Origin: Bdellovibrionales bacterium
GTDB lineage: Bacteria; Bdellovibrionota; Bdellovibrionia; Bdellovibrionales; UBA1609
DNA length: 35,277 nucleotides
Assembly (NCBI GenBank): GCA_050246815.1
Contig: JBFWVI010000034.1
Coordinates: forward strand, 1-35,277
Direction of reading: 5' to 3'
Under the pieces are notes generated by a model. It was given only the letters and a program-made list of their open reading frames with translations, ran no database searches and was not told where the DNA came from. The first letter of the stretch is position 1; the number at the start of each line of letters is the position of its first letter. A program made the translations under genes and the position numbers. Shown here in pieces: positions 1-10,196 of this stretch.

Positions 1-1344
1 GAGCGGTTGCTGGGGGTCTCTGAAAAAGCCGCAGATCAAGCCCAGCGACTGATGGTCGCCGACGACAAACGTTTAATTGAAATACCGCCTGAGCTTGAAA
101 GCGCCATGGCTGAATTCCAAAAGTACGATTCTTCTTTGCGCCGTGCCGCGATCGAATCAGAGCACATCATCGATGCAGGCCTGCTGTCTTTGCTTAGCGC
201 AGGTCATATGTTGGTCGTTGGCGGACCCGGCAACGGCAAATCCTACATCGTACAAAAAATGCTCGAAAATATTCTGTTTACAAAAGATGATCCGGGCCTG
301 TCTGGCGCTGCGCCTCTGGTTTTAAGGCCCCACCGCGCGCATACAGAGCACATGACATCCTTGTTTAAGCTGCAGCTGACAAACAGCACGACGTTTTCGC
401 AATTGTTCGGGAATATTAACAACCGTCGCCTATTCCAAGAAGATGGTGACCACGAGCGCCGTTTGGGACAGGGCATTTTGACCCATGCCTTTGGTTTCTT
501 GGACGAATTTTTTGATGCGGAAGCCCGCCTGCTTCGCGCTCAATTGAACCTCTTGAACGAGCGCGAATTCTCTGAAGCCGGCATCACTCATTACGCGCAA
601 ACTCGAACTGTTTTTGCGACTTCCAACTATTATTTACCCGAAGTGTACTTGAATGCCGCACGCAAGCAGGTCAAGCTGGAAGCTGTTTTAGATCGCTTTC
701 GATACATTGTCTTCGCGGCCAAAGACTTCGCCAACACCGGTGATGTTGGCGGCGACAATACGTATCCAGACAACTACATGGCGCTTTTTGATATCGCGCT
801 TAATAGCAACAAGTACGCGATTTCACCGCTGCACGTCCAAAGCTTACGACTGTTGCAGCAAGTGGCCAGCCAAGTGGTGGTCCCTTCGACATTACTTGGC
901 TTTTGGAAGCGCGTTTCGAGTCGCGTGGACAGCCGTCTGGCCCTGCAACAAAAATCTGCGGCCGAAGAATATGCTCGTGCGATCAAAGACGGTGAGGATG
1001 CCGAGCCCCCCTATCGCGTGACCAAGTCGATGACCAAGCGAACGAAGGGTGCAGGCGCTGTGGAATTGCGGGCCCTTGTGGCCTTGGACTGGATTCGCCA
1101 AAATGGCCAGCGGCCCTTAGTCGCCAACTTCACCGATGTCTTGCGCCTGCAATATTTTTCAGGCCTGGTGGGTAACAAAAACCACGACTTGGATGTTTTG
1201 ATCGGCAAAGCCACCAACGACAAAGAAGAATTGGCCATGCTCCGCACAGTGAAAACAGAACGCGATACCTTTGTGACTTGCTGGGAAGAAGTTATTGACG
1301 AAGTGTTTACCGAGTTCAGCAAGCTGATGAATTCGATACAATAA
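1..1344 (+). CDS. MoxR/RavA-type AAA+ ATPase (5' partial; frame open from base 1)
   Basis: Walker A GGPGNGKS, Walker B GFLDEFF, LNLLNER, sensor ATSN and AVLDRF, as in RavA/MoxR ATPases. There is no upstream stop in the window. Confidence 0.8.
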   Translation, partial: ERLLGVSEKAADQAQRLMVADDKRLIEIPPELESAMAEFQKYDSSLRRAAIESEHIIDAGLLSLLSAGHMLVVGGPGNGKSYIVQKMLENILFTKDDPGLSGAAPLVLRPHRAHTEHMTSLFKLQLTNSTTFSQLFGNINNRRLFQEDGDHERRLGQGILTHAFGFLDEFFDAEARLLRAQLNLLNEREFSEAGITHYAQTRTVFATSNYYLPEVYLNAARKQVKLEAVLDRFRYIVFAAKDFANTGDVGGDNTYPDNYMALFDIALNSNKYAISPLHVQSLRLLQQVASQVVVPSTLLGFWKRVSSRVDSRLALQQKSAAEEYARAIKDGEDAEPPYRVTKSMTKRTKGAGAVELRALVALDWIRQNGQRPLVANFTDVLRLQYFSGLVGNKNHDLDVLIGKATNDKEELAMLRTVKTERDTFVTCWEEVIDEVFTEFSKLMNSIQ

Positions 1345-1358
1345 GCATTTTTAACGTC

Positions 1359-1391
1359 GCGACTTTTTATTTTAATCGAATAAAAAGTCGC
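1359..1391. terminator. Probable bidirectional terminator hairpin between convergent genes
   Basis: Perfect 13-bp inverted repeat GCGACTTTTTATT-N7-AATAAAAAGTCGC, overlapping the stop of the convergent hydrolase. Confidence 0.55.
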
Positions 1392-2175
1392 ACACTAAGT
1401 CCACAAACTTGGCAGGATTTTCGACATTGGTTGAATGCCCTTGGCCCTTTAGCTCGATGAACTTTCCATGCGGAAGTTCATCGGCGATCTGGCGTGACCC
1501 CGCAATCGGTAAAACCGCGTCGTGCTCCCCGTGCAAAACCAAAACCGGATGTTTGATTTGCTTGAGCTGCTTGCGCAAGTCGGTTTTTTTTAAAACATCA
1601 GGCACCCCATGCCATATTTTTTTATCAACATGAAATGCATCATCAAATAACTGCTGCACCAAAGGACTGTTCACATCGCAATGATAAATTGTACCCGACA
1701 TCACTGTGTCGCAGAACGTGCGGTTTTCGCTCATCTTGGTAAAGGTGTCGTACATCTCAGGGCCAAACTGCACGCCATCGGCGGCGACCGGGTCCAGTAA
1801 GACTGCGCGTTTGAACATCTCGGGTGCTTTGATCATCGCGCACAGGGCTATTAGGCCCCCGGTGGAATGGCCCACCAAATTCACATCGCTTAGCCCCAGG
1901 CCTTTGATCAAATGAATGTAATCATCTGCCAAAGACATCATTTCAAGATCTTCCGTACTTTCAGGCGCCGAAGATTGCCCGCATCCCAGCCACTCGGCCA
2001 TAGCCGCGCTGCCCGTGACCTCGCTGCCTTTGTAGCGATTTTTTAAAATCTGCACGGTGGGTTGCCACCAATGATTTGAAGCTAAGTTGCCATGGATAAA
2101 CAAAGTGTCTTCGGGGATCAATCCGGCATACAGGTCGTAGTGCATACGCTTATCACGATGTTGAAAAAACGCCAT
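1372..2175 (-). CDS. Alpha/beta hydrolase (esterase/lactonase/PhaZ-like)
   Basis: Oxyanion FIHGN, nucleophile GHSTGG, acid GEHD and catalytic GHS. Confidence 0.88.
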   Translation of the reverse strand: MAFFQHRDKRMHYDLYAGLIPEDTLFIHGNLASNHWWQPTVQILKNRYKGSEVTGSAAMAEWLGCGQSSAPESTEDLEMMSLADDYIHLIKGLGLSDVNLVGHSTGGLIALCAMIKAPEMFKRAVLLDPVAADGVQFGPEMYDTFTKMSENRTFCDTVMSGTIYHCDVNSPLVQQLFDDAFHVDKKIWHGVPDVLKKTDLRKQLKQIKHPVLVLHGEHDAVLPIAGSRQIADELPHGKFIELKGQGHSTNVENPAKFVDLVCDFLFD

Positions 2176-2195
2176 CCAGCCTTACCTTTGAGGAC

Positions 2196-3488
2196 TCACA
2201 GCATACCCCAAAATTTCAGAACGCGCTCGCTCATTTGCCGCATCGGGGCCGGCTTACTAGACAAAAAGGAGCGAACCATGATTTCGGCAGGATGACGCGC
2301 GATGCGGTCAATGGCCAGGTTCTTCTCAAAGGGCCCCTCTGGACTCAGTAAGAAGTTTTCACAAGCAAAAGTGCGCGGCAGCTCCAAGCGACCTTGACGC
2401 CCCCCCACTTCAACCATCAAACCCTTGCCCGGAAAGGCCTGCCACTGGCGCCCTTCGCTAAAACCACCACGCCCCTGAACCAGTGTCGCCAGCCATGCCC
2501 CCATAAAGGGCCCAACGCTCTCATTGATTTTGTGTTCAACTCCCTCAAACACTGTCAAGGAAGCCCGTACTTCCCGCGGCACTTTTTGCCAAAATCCGAA
2601 TAAAGTCGAACGTGGTATATAGCCGTCTGCGCCAGCAATCCCCAGATGCAAAACACTTGGCCGCAACTGCTCAGCAAGTTCGAGGCTTGGCATATGTCGA
2701 ATGCCTCGCGCCAGCTCTGAATTGGCATAAGGTTGCATCAAACCCCACTTTAAGATTGTTGGCTCAGACAAGTGATAGGTGCTCAGAATCAAGCCGCGCA
2801 GGAAAAAATCGTAAAGATCCACATCATTATGGCGGGCAAATGGAAATGTCTGTTTGTAAGTGCGGACCATTCCCTTGATCAATTGATCCTGTTCCGCCAG
2901 GGGCTCCACATAAGGGGCCATCGCCACCACTTTAAAAACACGGTCGGGATCCAGCACCGCGTACTGCAATGCCAAAGCCCCACCATAAGAAAGGCCGACC
3001 ACCATCACTTTATTCAATTCTAGACGGCGCACCAAAGATTTTAAATCTGCGGCTTGTTGCTCGATCGTTGCGGCTGGCAAAAGAGGCTCAAGATGCCCCA
3101 CCCCATTTTTTTCGGCTAACAGCGGCGGCAAGATCGGCCGCGTGCCTATTTTTGATAAAATGTTTCGGCTCTCTAAAAAATGTCCAAGAGTCCGCCCCTG
3201 GTGAAACATGTCGTACAATATCACGGTGGCCCCGGACTTCAGCAGCTCAGGTAAGGCCTTATTCCAATGTTCGGTATCCTGGGTCAGCCCATTCAGCAAA
3301 ACCACAGCCGGTAGATTCTTGTTGCCCCGATACACCCGCGCAAAAATCTCGCGCCCGGGGCTGACCTCGTAAATATCTTCCTGATAAAAATATCCTGGCG
3401 GCACCTGCTGATCCGCCTGCGCAAAAAATGAAAGTGGCAACGGCAAAAGTGACGCCAGTAATATAAAAATCACCGCGCGCAAATGCAT
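2196..3488 (-). CDS. Secreted alpha/beta hydrolase with C-terminal extension
   Basis: Signal peptide MHLRAVIFILLASLLPLPLSFFAQA, LLNGL oxyanion, GLSYGG nucleophile, D in GADG and H in VEHK. Start is ATG 3488 (alternative GTG 3497). Confidence 0.8.
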   Translation of the reverse strand: MHLRAVIFILLASLLPLPLSFFAQADQQVPPGYFYQEDIYEVSPGREIFARVYRGNKNLPAVVLLNGLTQDTEHWNKALPELLKSGATVILYDMFHQGRTLGHFLESRNILSKIGTRPILPPLLAEKNGVGHLEPLLPAATIEQQAADLKSLVRRLELNKVMVVGLSYGGALALQYAVLDPDRVFKVVAMAPYVEPLAEQDQLIKGMVRTYKQTFPFARHNDVDLYDFFLRGLILSTYHLSEPTILKWGLMQPYANSELARGIRHMPSLELAEQLRPSVLHLGIAGADGYIPRSTLFGFWQKVPREVRASLTVFEGVEHKINESVGPFMGAWLATLVQGRGGFSEGRQWQAFPGKGLMVEVGGRQGRLELPRTFACENFLLSPEGPFEKNLAIDRIARHPAEIMVRSFLSSKPAPMRQMSERVLKFWGML

Positions 3489-3522
3489 TTTCCCCACCCC
3501 TTTTTTATTTGATCAGGAACAT

Positions 3523-4269
3523 CTATTGGACTAAGCCGCCATCCACGCTCAGAACCGCACCATTCACATAGCCGGCTTCATCGCTTGCCAAAAACAAACA
3601 GGCATTGGCGATATCCGTCGTGGATCCCATACGTCGCACGGGTATTTTTTCTTCGATTGATTGTAGGACATCCATCGGCATTTTTTCGACCATGGCGGTG
3701 CGGGTGAAGCCGGGGGCCACCGCATTGACCGTGAAACCTTTGCGACCCAGCTCGCGAGCCCAAGTTTTGGTCATGCCGATCACACCGGCCTTGGCCGCCA
3801 CGTAATTAGTTTGACCAAAATTACCGTAAAGGGCGACCACACTAGCCATGTTGATAATGCGGTTTGTGGGTTCAGTGGAAAATTGAGCCAACAGACTTTT
3901 GGTCACATTAAAAAGCCCGGTCAAATTGGTGTCGATCACCGCCTGAAAATCAGAGTTTTCCATTTTACTGAAACTTTTATCGCGAGTGATACCGGCGTTG
4001 TTCACCAGAACGTGAATCGGGCCACTCAATTTTTGACTGGCGGCCGCACAGCTGTTCCAGTCTGCCACATTGACTTGCGCAAAATGAACTCGATCGGCAA
4101 ATTGCTTCAGTTCGGCTTCGGCGACTTTCAAGGCTTCGCCCGAATAGTCCCAAATCGTCACTTCGGCTCCGCTTTGCAAAAATTGGCGCGCGATTTCAAA
4201 CCCAATGCCCTGCCCACCGCCGGTGACCAAAGCATGCCTTTTTGAAAAACGAAATTCGATATTTTTCAT
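3523..4269 (-). CDS. fabG: SDR 3-oxoacyl-ACP / acetoacetyl-CoA reductase (FabG/PhaB-like)
   Basis: TGGGQGIG, NNAGITRD, catalytic YVAAK, NAVAPG and VDGG. Likely start is ATG 4269. Confidence 0.88.
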   Translation of the reverse strand: MKNIEFRFSKRHALVTGGGQGIGFEIARQFLQSGAEVTIWDYSGEALKVAEAELKQFADRVHFAQVNVADWNSCAAASQKLSGPIHVLVNNAGITRDKSFSKMENSDFQAVIDTNLTGLFNVTKSLLAQFSTEPTNRIINMASVVALYGNFGQTNYVAAKAGVIGMTKTWARELGRKGFTVNAVAPGFTRTAMVEKMPMDVLQSIEEKIPVRRMGSTTDIANACLFLASDEAGYVNGAVLSVDGGLVQ

Positions 4270-4376
4270 GGTGCGGTTTGTAATGACACGGCCCCTAGGG
4301 GTCAACAGATTTCGTTCGCCCCAAAGGCCGCCTTGTAGTAAGAACCCGACGACTCTCTATTTCGAAGGATAATGCG

Positions 4377-5375
4377 ATGGGCCGACAAGCAAAAATCTCT
4401 GGTGTAGGCATGTGCGTGCCAGAACGTTTGATTCCGAATTCCTATTTTGATGAGTTGCACAAACAAGACCTCGGCACTTTTTTGCGTGAAAAACGCAATA
4501 TTCATCAACGCTATTTTATGCGCGACGACCAGGCCACATCGGATCTGATCGTTCCGGCCGCTGAAAAAGCATTAAAGGCCGCAGGCATTAGCGCCAAAGA
4601 TTTGCAATTGATCATCGTGGCCACGGACACTCCCGATTTTATCTCGCCACCGACGGCCGCAGTTGTGCAACACCGCTTGCAAGCCACCAATGCGGGAGTC
4701 TTTGACTTGAACGCCGCTTGCGCAGGTTTTGTCACCGGCCTCGACACCGCGGCAAAGTTCATCAAAGCCGATGAGCGCTATCAAAATGTACTTGTGGTCG
4801 GCGCCTATGGCATGAGCAAACATTTGGATTTTGCGGATTACAAAATCGCTTCTCTTTTCGCCGATGGCGCCGGTGCGGCCGTATTGCAACCCACTGAAAA
4901 TCCACAAGAGGGAATCTTGGCCAGCTATTTGTGGGCCGACGGTCAATTTCATGATGCCATGGGAATTTACGCCGGCGGCACAGCCCGCCCGATCAATCAG
5001 GACGTCTTGCACAGCAAAATGCATCAATTGAAGTTCTTGCGCAAGATCCCGGCCCAGTTCAATGCCGAACACTGGCCCCGAATCGCCAATTTATTGCTGC
5101 AAAAAATCGGTGCGCGCGCCCAAGACGTAAATCACTATTTCTTGACCCAGATTAATATCGATTCGATTCACCAAACCATGGACCGACTCGAAGTCCCACG
5201 CCAACGCTCACACAACATCATGAACATTTATGGCTACACCGGCAGTGCTTGTTTGCCGATGGCCATGGCTGACGCTTTGGAGCAAGGCAAACTCAAAAAG
5301 GGCGATCTGGTGCTGATGATTGGCTCTGGCGGCGGAGTCGCCATGGGCGGCGCGGCCATTCGCTGGAGTTATTAA
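4377..5375 (+). CDS. FabH/KAS III-like condensing enzyme with a non-canonical active site
   Basis: DLNAACAGF (catalytic Cys), LFADGAGA and GSGGG. The HQAN position reads TQIN and the GNT position reads GYT. Confidence 0.85.
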   Translation: MGRQAKISGVGMCVPERLIPNSYFDELHKQDLGTFLREKRNIHQRYFMRDDQATSDLIVPAAEKALKAAGISAKDLQLIIVATDTPDFISPPTAAVVQHRLQATNAGVFDLNAACAGFVTGLDTAAKFIKADERYQNVLVVGAYGMSKHLDFADYKIASLFADGAGAAVLQPTENPQEGILASYLWADGQFHDAMGIYAGGTARPINQDVLHSKMHQLKFLRKIPAQFNAEHWPRIANLLLQKIGARAQDVNHYFLTQINIDSIHQTMDRLEVPRQRSHNIMNIYGYTGSACLPMAMADALEQGKLKKGDLVLMIGSGGGVAMGGAAIRWSY

Positions 5376-5378
5376 ATC

Positions 5379-6959
5379 GTGGCAAATTCAGCGAACAACT
5401 CCGAGTGGACCGAGCAAGACTGGCTGAAGCGTTGGGCCCAGTATGCCCCCAGCAAAATTCCGTTGAAAGACTTAGGCACAGGGCGCGAATTCAGCTACCA
5501 ACTGCTTTACCGCTGGTCCGTTCATTTGGCCCGTCACTTACAAAGCGCCCAAGTCAAAGCCGGCGATCGCGTCGCCATCCTCAGCAAAAACCACTGGGTC
5601 TTCTTGCCGCTGTTTTTTGCCTGTCAGCGTTTGGGCGCAGCCCTGGTGCCAATCAATTTTCGTCTTGCACCACGCGAAGTGGCCCACATCCTCAATGACT
5701 GCAAACCCGAACTATTCATCCACGCCGAAGAGTATACGGACCTGGTCGATCAACTTTTGATTCACCCCGACCTGGACACTTTGAATCCGACCTGCTGGAA
5801 GACCGATGAGATCATTCATTTCTTAGACAACCATCACGATGACGTTCAGCCGCTCGAAATGGTCGGCGATGAACACACCTTAGCAATGATCTTGTACACT
5901 TCGGGCACCACGGGCGCCCCCAAAGGAGCGATGATCGACCGGCGCATGTTGTTTTGGAATTCACTCAACACCACCTTGCGCTTGGACATTCGACAAAGCG
6001 ACGTGCACATTTCGTTTCTGCCATTTTTTCACACAGGCGGATGGAATGTTTTGGTGACCCCTTTCTTGCATTGGGGCGCTAAGACTTTGCTGCTTGATAA
6101 ATTTGAACCTGAAACCATTTTGTCGACCATCAACGACGAACGCGTCACCATTTTGTTTGGTGTGCCGACCATGCTGGACATGCTAGCACGCAGTCCAAAA
6201 TTCGCATCCAGCCAATTGTCTTCGCTTCGCTTTGCCATCGTCGGCGGTGAACCCATGCCCCTGCCTTTGATCCGTCAATGGCAAGCGCGCGGCGTGCCGA
6301 TCCGCCAGGGCTATGGCTTAACTGAATTTGGTCCCAATGTGTTTTCGCTGAATGAAGAGCACAGCGAAAGAAAACTGGGCTCTATTGGCTTTCCAAATTT
6401 CTACGTTGAAGCCAAGATTATCGGCAATGAGGGCCAAGAACTTGGCCCCGAACAAGTCGGTGAGTTGCTCTTACGCGGCCCCACCTGCATGCCCGGCTAT
6501 TGGCAAAATGCCCAGGCCACAGCCAGCACGATCCAAGAGGGCTGGTTGCACACCGGCGATCTGGTCCGCCGTGATGAAGAGGGCTTTTACTACGTCGTCG
6601 GCCGCAAAAAAGACATGTTCATTAGCGGCGGCGAAAATGTTTACCCCGCCGAAATCGAACAGTTTTTACGCCAACATCCGCTAATTCAAGAAGCCGCAGT
6701 CATTGGCGTGCCCGACGAACGCTGGGGCGAAAGCGGCAAAGCCTTCGTGGTCTTAAAAAAATCGGCACCCACGCTGACCCAAGAGGCCGTCTTGCAGTAC
6801 TGCCAAGGGCAAATGGCCAAATACAAAATTCCCCGCGAGGTCTGTTTCTTGACCGAATTGCCCAAAGGCGACAGCGGCAAAATTTTAAAACGCGTTTTGC
6901 TTGAAAAGAATCTCGGCGAACGGCCCCCCAAGACCGAGAGCCAAATTTCTATCACTTAA
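5379..6959 (+). CDS. Acyl-CoA synthetase (ANL adenylating enzyme, fatty-acid-CoA ligase type)
   Basis: YTSGTTGAPKG, GYGLTE, WLHTGD, GRKKDMFISGGENVYPAEIE and LPKGDSGKILK. Confidence 0.92.
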   Translation: MANSANNSEWTEQDWLKRWAQYAPSKIPLKDLGTGREFSYQLLYRWSVHLARHLQSAQVKAGDRVAILSKNHWVFLPLFFACQRLGAALVPINFRLAPREVAHILNDCKPELFIHAEEYTDLVDQLLIHPDLDTLNPTCWKTDEIIHFLDNHHDDVQPLEMVGDEHTLAMILYTSGTTGAPKGAMIDRRMLFWNSLNTTLRLDIRQSDVHISFLPFFHTGGWNVLVTPFLHWGAKTLLLDKFEPETILSTINDERVTILFGVPTMLDMLARSPKFASSQLSSLRFAIVGGEPMPLPLIRQWQARGVPIRQGYGLTEFGPNVFSLNEEHSERKLGSIGFPNFYVEAKIIGNEGQELGPEQVGELLLRGPTCMPGYWQNAQATASTIQEGWLHTGDLVRRDEEGFYYVVGRKKDMFISGGENVYPAEIEQFLRQHPLIQEAAVIGVPDERWGESGKAFVVLKKSAPTLTQEAVLQYCQGQMAKYKIPREVCFLTELPKGDSGKILKRVLLEKNLGERPPKTESQISIT

Positions 6960-7708
6960 GAAGAGCCTGGCTTAGCACCGCCCGATTGCAATCCAAGAAG
7001 ATTGTAAATCGGATAGCGAATGAGTCCGATGTACTCGTGAATGGCGATGTCCAACATTGCGAAGTTATGGGCCAACGGCAACACAGCCGATATCGCGCTT
7101 AAATAATCCGATGGCGCGCCCACAGCGATCACCCCAAAATGAGAAAAGTAAAGCAACCCACGCCGCAAGTGAGTGCCCGACGTCACTAAAATAATCTGAT
7201 CAAATTTTTCATTTTGAATGATTTCGCTCGAAAATTGCGCGTTTTGAAAGGTGTTGTTGCTTTTGCTTTCAACTAAAATACTTTCCGCGCTCACCCCCAG
7301 TTGAGTCAGCTCCAGCTTTAGCACTTCCGCCTCGGAAGTGCCGTATTTTCTGGGGTCTCCACCGGTCGACAAAATAAAACATTCGCCCTTCAGCTTTTTG
7401 CAATCTTGCCAAAGCCTCGCCGCTTCAAACACTCGCGAAAAGCCAAGGGAGTGAGTGCGCAAGACATCGGTCCCCGGCCACTTCACAGTGCCAATCCCAA
7501 GCAGAACAATCACATTTTTCGACTTCCAACTGGGGGTCGCCAGTGGGGGGGAGGACTGCAAATTGCTCAACACCAATGCCGGGATCCAGCCCTGCCCCAC
7601 TCCCAACAAAAGCGCCAACGAAAGGCTTAAACCAACCAAACCGAGTTTTCGCATATTGAAAATTACACCCAGCGACGACAACGCGAGCAACAAAAACAGC
7701 AGCAGCAT
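6956..7708 (-). CDS. YdcF/ElyC/SanA family (DUF218) membrane protein
   Basis: Two N-terminal TM helices, IVLLG, STGG, SEA, ESKSNNTFQNA, LVTSGTHLRR and HEYIG. Confidence 0.85.
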   Translation of the reverse strand: MLLLFLLLALSSLGVIFNMRKLGLVGLSLSLALLLGVGQGWIPALVLSNLQSSPPLATPSWKSKNVIVLLGIGTVKWPGTDVLRTHSLGFSRVFEAARLWQDCKKLKGECFILSTGGDPRKYGTSEAEVLKLELTQLGVSAESILVESKSNNTFQNAQFSSEIIQNEKFDQIILVTSGTHLRRGLLYFSHFGVIAVGAPSDYLSAISAVLPLAHNFAMLDIAIHEYIGLIRYPIYNLLGLQSGGAKPGSS

Positions 7709-7741
7709 GCACATTGGTCACTCCAAGTTTTGCGGCTAAAA

Positions 7742-7942
7742 TCAGGGTTTCATCAAAATGATTTGCACAATGTAACACCCCTCAGGCCAAGTTTCCAGCT
7801 GGTGAAATTCGAAGCCGTATCGGCACATACTGGATTTCATAAGCAACAGGACCTCTTCAAACCGCAATTTTTCACCAGTTGGAAACCCTTGAGCAAGGGC
7901 CATAAAAAATGTCGACCAAGGCAAATGACTTGGCAAATTCAT
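7742..7942 (-). CDS. Small hypothetical protein (66 aa)
   Basis: ATG-started ORF, co-oriented with and just upstream of the DUF218 gene. No recognisable motif. Confidence 0.3.
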   Translation of the reverse strand: MNLPSHLPWSTFFMALAQGFPTGEKLRFEEVLLLMKSSMCRYGFEFHQLETWPEGCYIVQIILMKP

Positions 7943-8194
7943 TCCAGCCCATTTAGAAATTCCCGATTTTTCCAACCGATCACTTAAATGACACCCTTTG
8001 CTTTTACTTAGCAATGGCCAGGTTCAAATTCAAAAGAGTGACCGCCTGCGAGCAAAGCCCTTCTCTGCCAAAGTCCAATTAACGCACCTGCGAAGAAACC
8101 CCGATCCCCCGCCGTTTTAGGTCATTTTATTTGCTTCACCGTCGCGCGTTTTTTACAACTGAAGTTCAATCAAACCGGCAACCATGAGGCCTTG

Positions 8195-9844
8195 ATGACC
8201 ACAAAAAATCAGCAAAAGTTCGTGCCCGCCAACTACCAGCCCAAACTGCCGGTGAACGAACTGATCCGACGCGAAACTCCCAGTGGCGAAAATGTGGTCC
8301 CGCTGGATGTGGTATTTGTCGGCGCCGGTCCTGCCGGATTGTCGGGGGCCATTGAATTGGCCCGACTTGTGAAAAAAGACGGCATGAACGTTGAAATCGG
8401 GGTTTTGGACAAAGCCGCATCCCTTGGCGGTCACAATCTTTCGGGTGCTGTGATCAATCCCATTGGCTTTCGCACTTTGTTCCCCGAAATGAAAGACTCG
8501 GACTTTCCCTTTCGCCGACCCGTCAGCAGTGAACGCGTCTACATGCTGACTGAAACCGGCACATTTCGCATTCCCGCGCCACCCACCATGCATAACAGCG
8601 GCAATTTTATAGGCTCGATCTGCGAGGCCGTTCGCTGGCTGGGTCAACAAGCCGAGGGTTTGGGCGTCAATATTCTGACCGGCTTCCCCGCCGATGCCTT
8701 GTACGTTGAGGACCAAAAAGTGATTGGCGTAAAAACCACAGCCATGGGCCTTGACCGCAGCGGACAGCCGGGCACGAATTTCACTCCACCAACGGACATC
8801 ACGGCGCGAATCACCGTGCTGAGCGAAGGCACGCGTGGAGCACTGTCACAAGCTTATTTGGATTGGCAAAATATTGGCTCGACCATGCCGCAAATTTATG
8901 CGCTGGGAGTAAAAGAAATCTGGCGCGTGAAAAAAGCCCCGCAAGAGATCATTCACACCCTGGGTTGGCCTTTGCCCAAAGATGCATTTGGCGGCAGCTT
9001 TTTGTATCCCATGGCCGATGACATCGTGGCTTTGGGTTTGGTGGTGGGCTTAGACTACCGCCAAAGTAATTTAGACGTGCATCACCAACTTCAGGTGATG
9101 AAAAAACATCCCCTGTTTGCCAGCATTCTGAATGGCGGTGAGTGCATCGAGTGGGGCGCCAAAACAATCCCCGAGGGTGGCTATCACTCGATTCCTGAAC
9201 GTTTGAGCGGTGACGGCCTGATGATTCTTGGAGATTCGGCAGGGCTTGTGAACGTGCCGGCTTTAAAGGGCATCCACTTCGCGATGATGTCGGGCATTTA
9301 TGCGGCCCGGGCCATTTTTAAAGCGCTGAAAGCGGGCGACACCAGCGTCAAAGCTTTGAAAGCCTATGATGATGAACTGCGCGCCAGCCACTTGATGAAA
9401 GATCTAAAAAAAGTCCGCAACATGCGCCACGCCTTTAAAAGTGGCTTTTACGCCGGTGGCATTAAAGCCAGTCTGATGACCATCACGGGCGGGGCCTTCC
9501 CGGGGGATGACACCCACGCTGTGGAAGACGCCGAAGAGTGGAAAGAATTTGGTTCGCTTGAAACCCCTCAAGCCAAAGCGGGCTTAAGCAAAGTGGACGC
9601 GGTTTATCTGTCCGGCAACAAAACCCGCGATGACATCCCCCAACACCTGTTGGTGGGCCAAGACATCACTCCAGAGCTTGCGGATTTTTATTCGCATCTG
9701 TGCCCCGCCGGTGTTTACGAACGCCAAGGCGACAAATTGGTGGTCAACGCCCCCAACTGCGTCGACTGCAAAGCCACCGACGTCTTGGGCCCCCGTTGGC
9801 GCCCGCGCGAAGGCGGCAGCGGCCCGAATTACGGCCAGATGTAG
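8195..9844 (+). CDS. Electron transfer flavoprotein:quinone oxidoreductase (ETF-QO/FixCX-like)
   Basis: FAD motif [37 protein letters not shown], and C-terminal Fe-S motif CPAGVYE...NCVDCK...EGGSGPNY. Confidence 0.93.
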   Translation: MTTKNQQKFVPANYQPKLPVNELIRRETPSGENVVPLDVVFVGAGPAGLSGAIELARLVKKDGMNVEIGVLDKAASLGGHNLSGAVINPIGFRTLFPEMKDSDFPFRRPVSSERVYMLTETGTFRIPAPPTMHNSGNFIGSICEAVRWLGQQAEGLGVNILTGFPADALYVEDQKVIGVKTTAMGLDRSGQPGTNFTPPTDITARITVLSEGTRGALSQAYLDWQNIGSTMPQIYALGVKEIWRVKKAPQEIIHTLGWPLPKDAFGGSFLYPMADDIVALGLVVGLDYRQSNLDVHHQLQVMKKHPLFASILNGGECIEWGAKTIPEGGYHSIPERLSGDGLMILGDSAGLVNVPALKGIHFAMMSGIYAARAIFKALKAGDTSVKALKAYDDELRASHLMKDLKKVRNMRHAFKSGFYAGGIKASLMTITGGAFPGDDTHAVEDAEEWKEFGSLETPQAKAGLSKVDAVYLSGNKTRDDIPQHLLVGQDITPELADFYSHLCPAGVYERQGDKLVVNAPNCVDCKATDVLGPRWRPREGGSGPNYGQM

Positions 9845-9851
9845 CTGCCCC

Positions 9852-10190
9852 ATGTCAATTTTCACCAAAATCATCAATCGCGAAATCCCGGCCAAGATCG
9901 TCTTTGAAGATGATCTGTGCCTTGCCTTTCGAGACATCAGCCCCCAAGCACCTGAACATATTTTATTGATTCCAAAAAAAGAAATCCGTTCGCTGAACGA
10001 GGCCTCGAGTGAAGACCAAAAACTGCTGGGCCACATGCTGATTCAAGTCGCTGCCATCGCAAAAAAACTGGGCTTCGCCGAAGACGGTTACCGGGTGGTG
10101 ATCAACACCAACGGCGACGGCGGGCAAACGGTGTTTCACTTGCACCTTCATTTGCTGGCGGGCCGCCAGCTGACTTGGCCGCCGGGTTAA
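9852..10190 (+). CDS. hinT: Histidine triad (HIT/HinT) nucleotide-binding protein
   Basis: [36 protein letters not shown] and WPPG. The true start is ATG 9852. Confidence 0.93.
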   Translation: MSIFTKIINREIPAKIVFEDDLCLAFRDISPQAPEHILLIPKKEIRSLNEASSEDQKLLGHMLIQVAAIAKKLGFAEDGYRVVINTNGDGGQTVFHLHLHLLAGRQLTWPPG

Positions 10191-10196
10191 GCCGAC

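Noticed and set aside
9630..9851. N-terminal extension of the HIT ORF (186 aa in the track)
   Set aside because: It overlaps the ETF-QO gene. HinT homology begins at ATG 9852.
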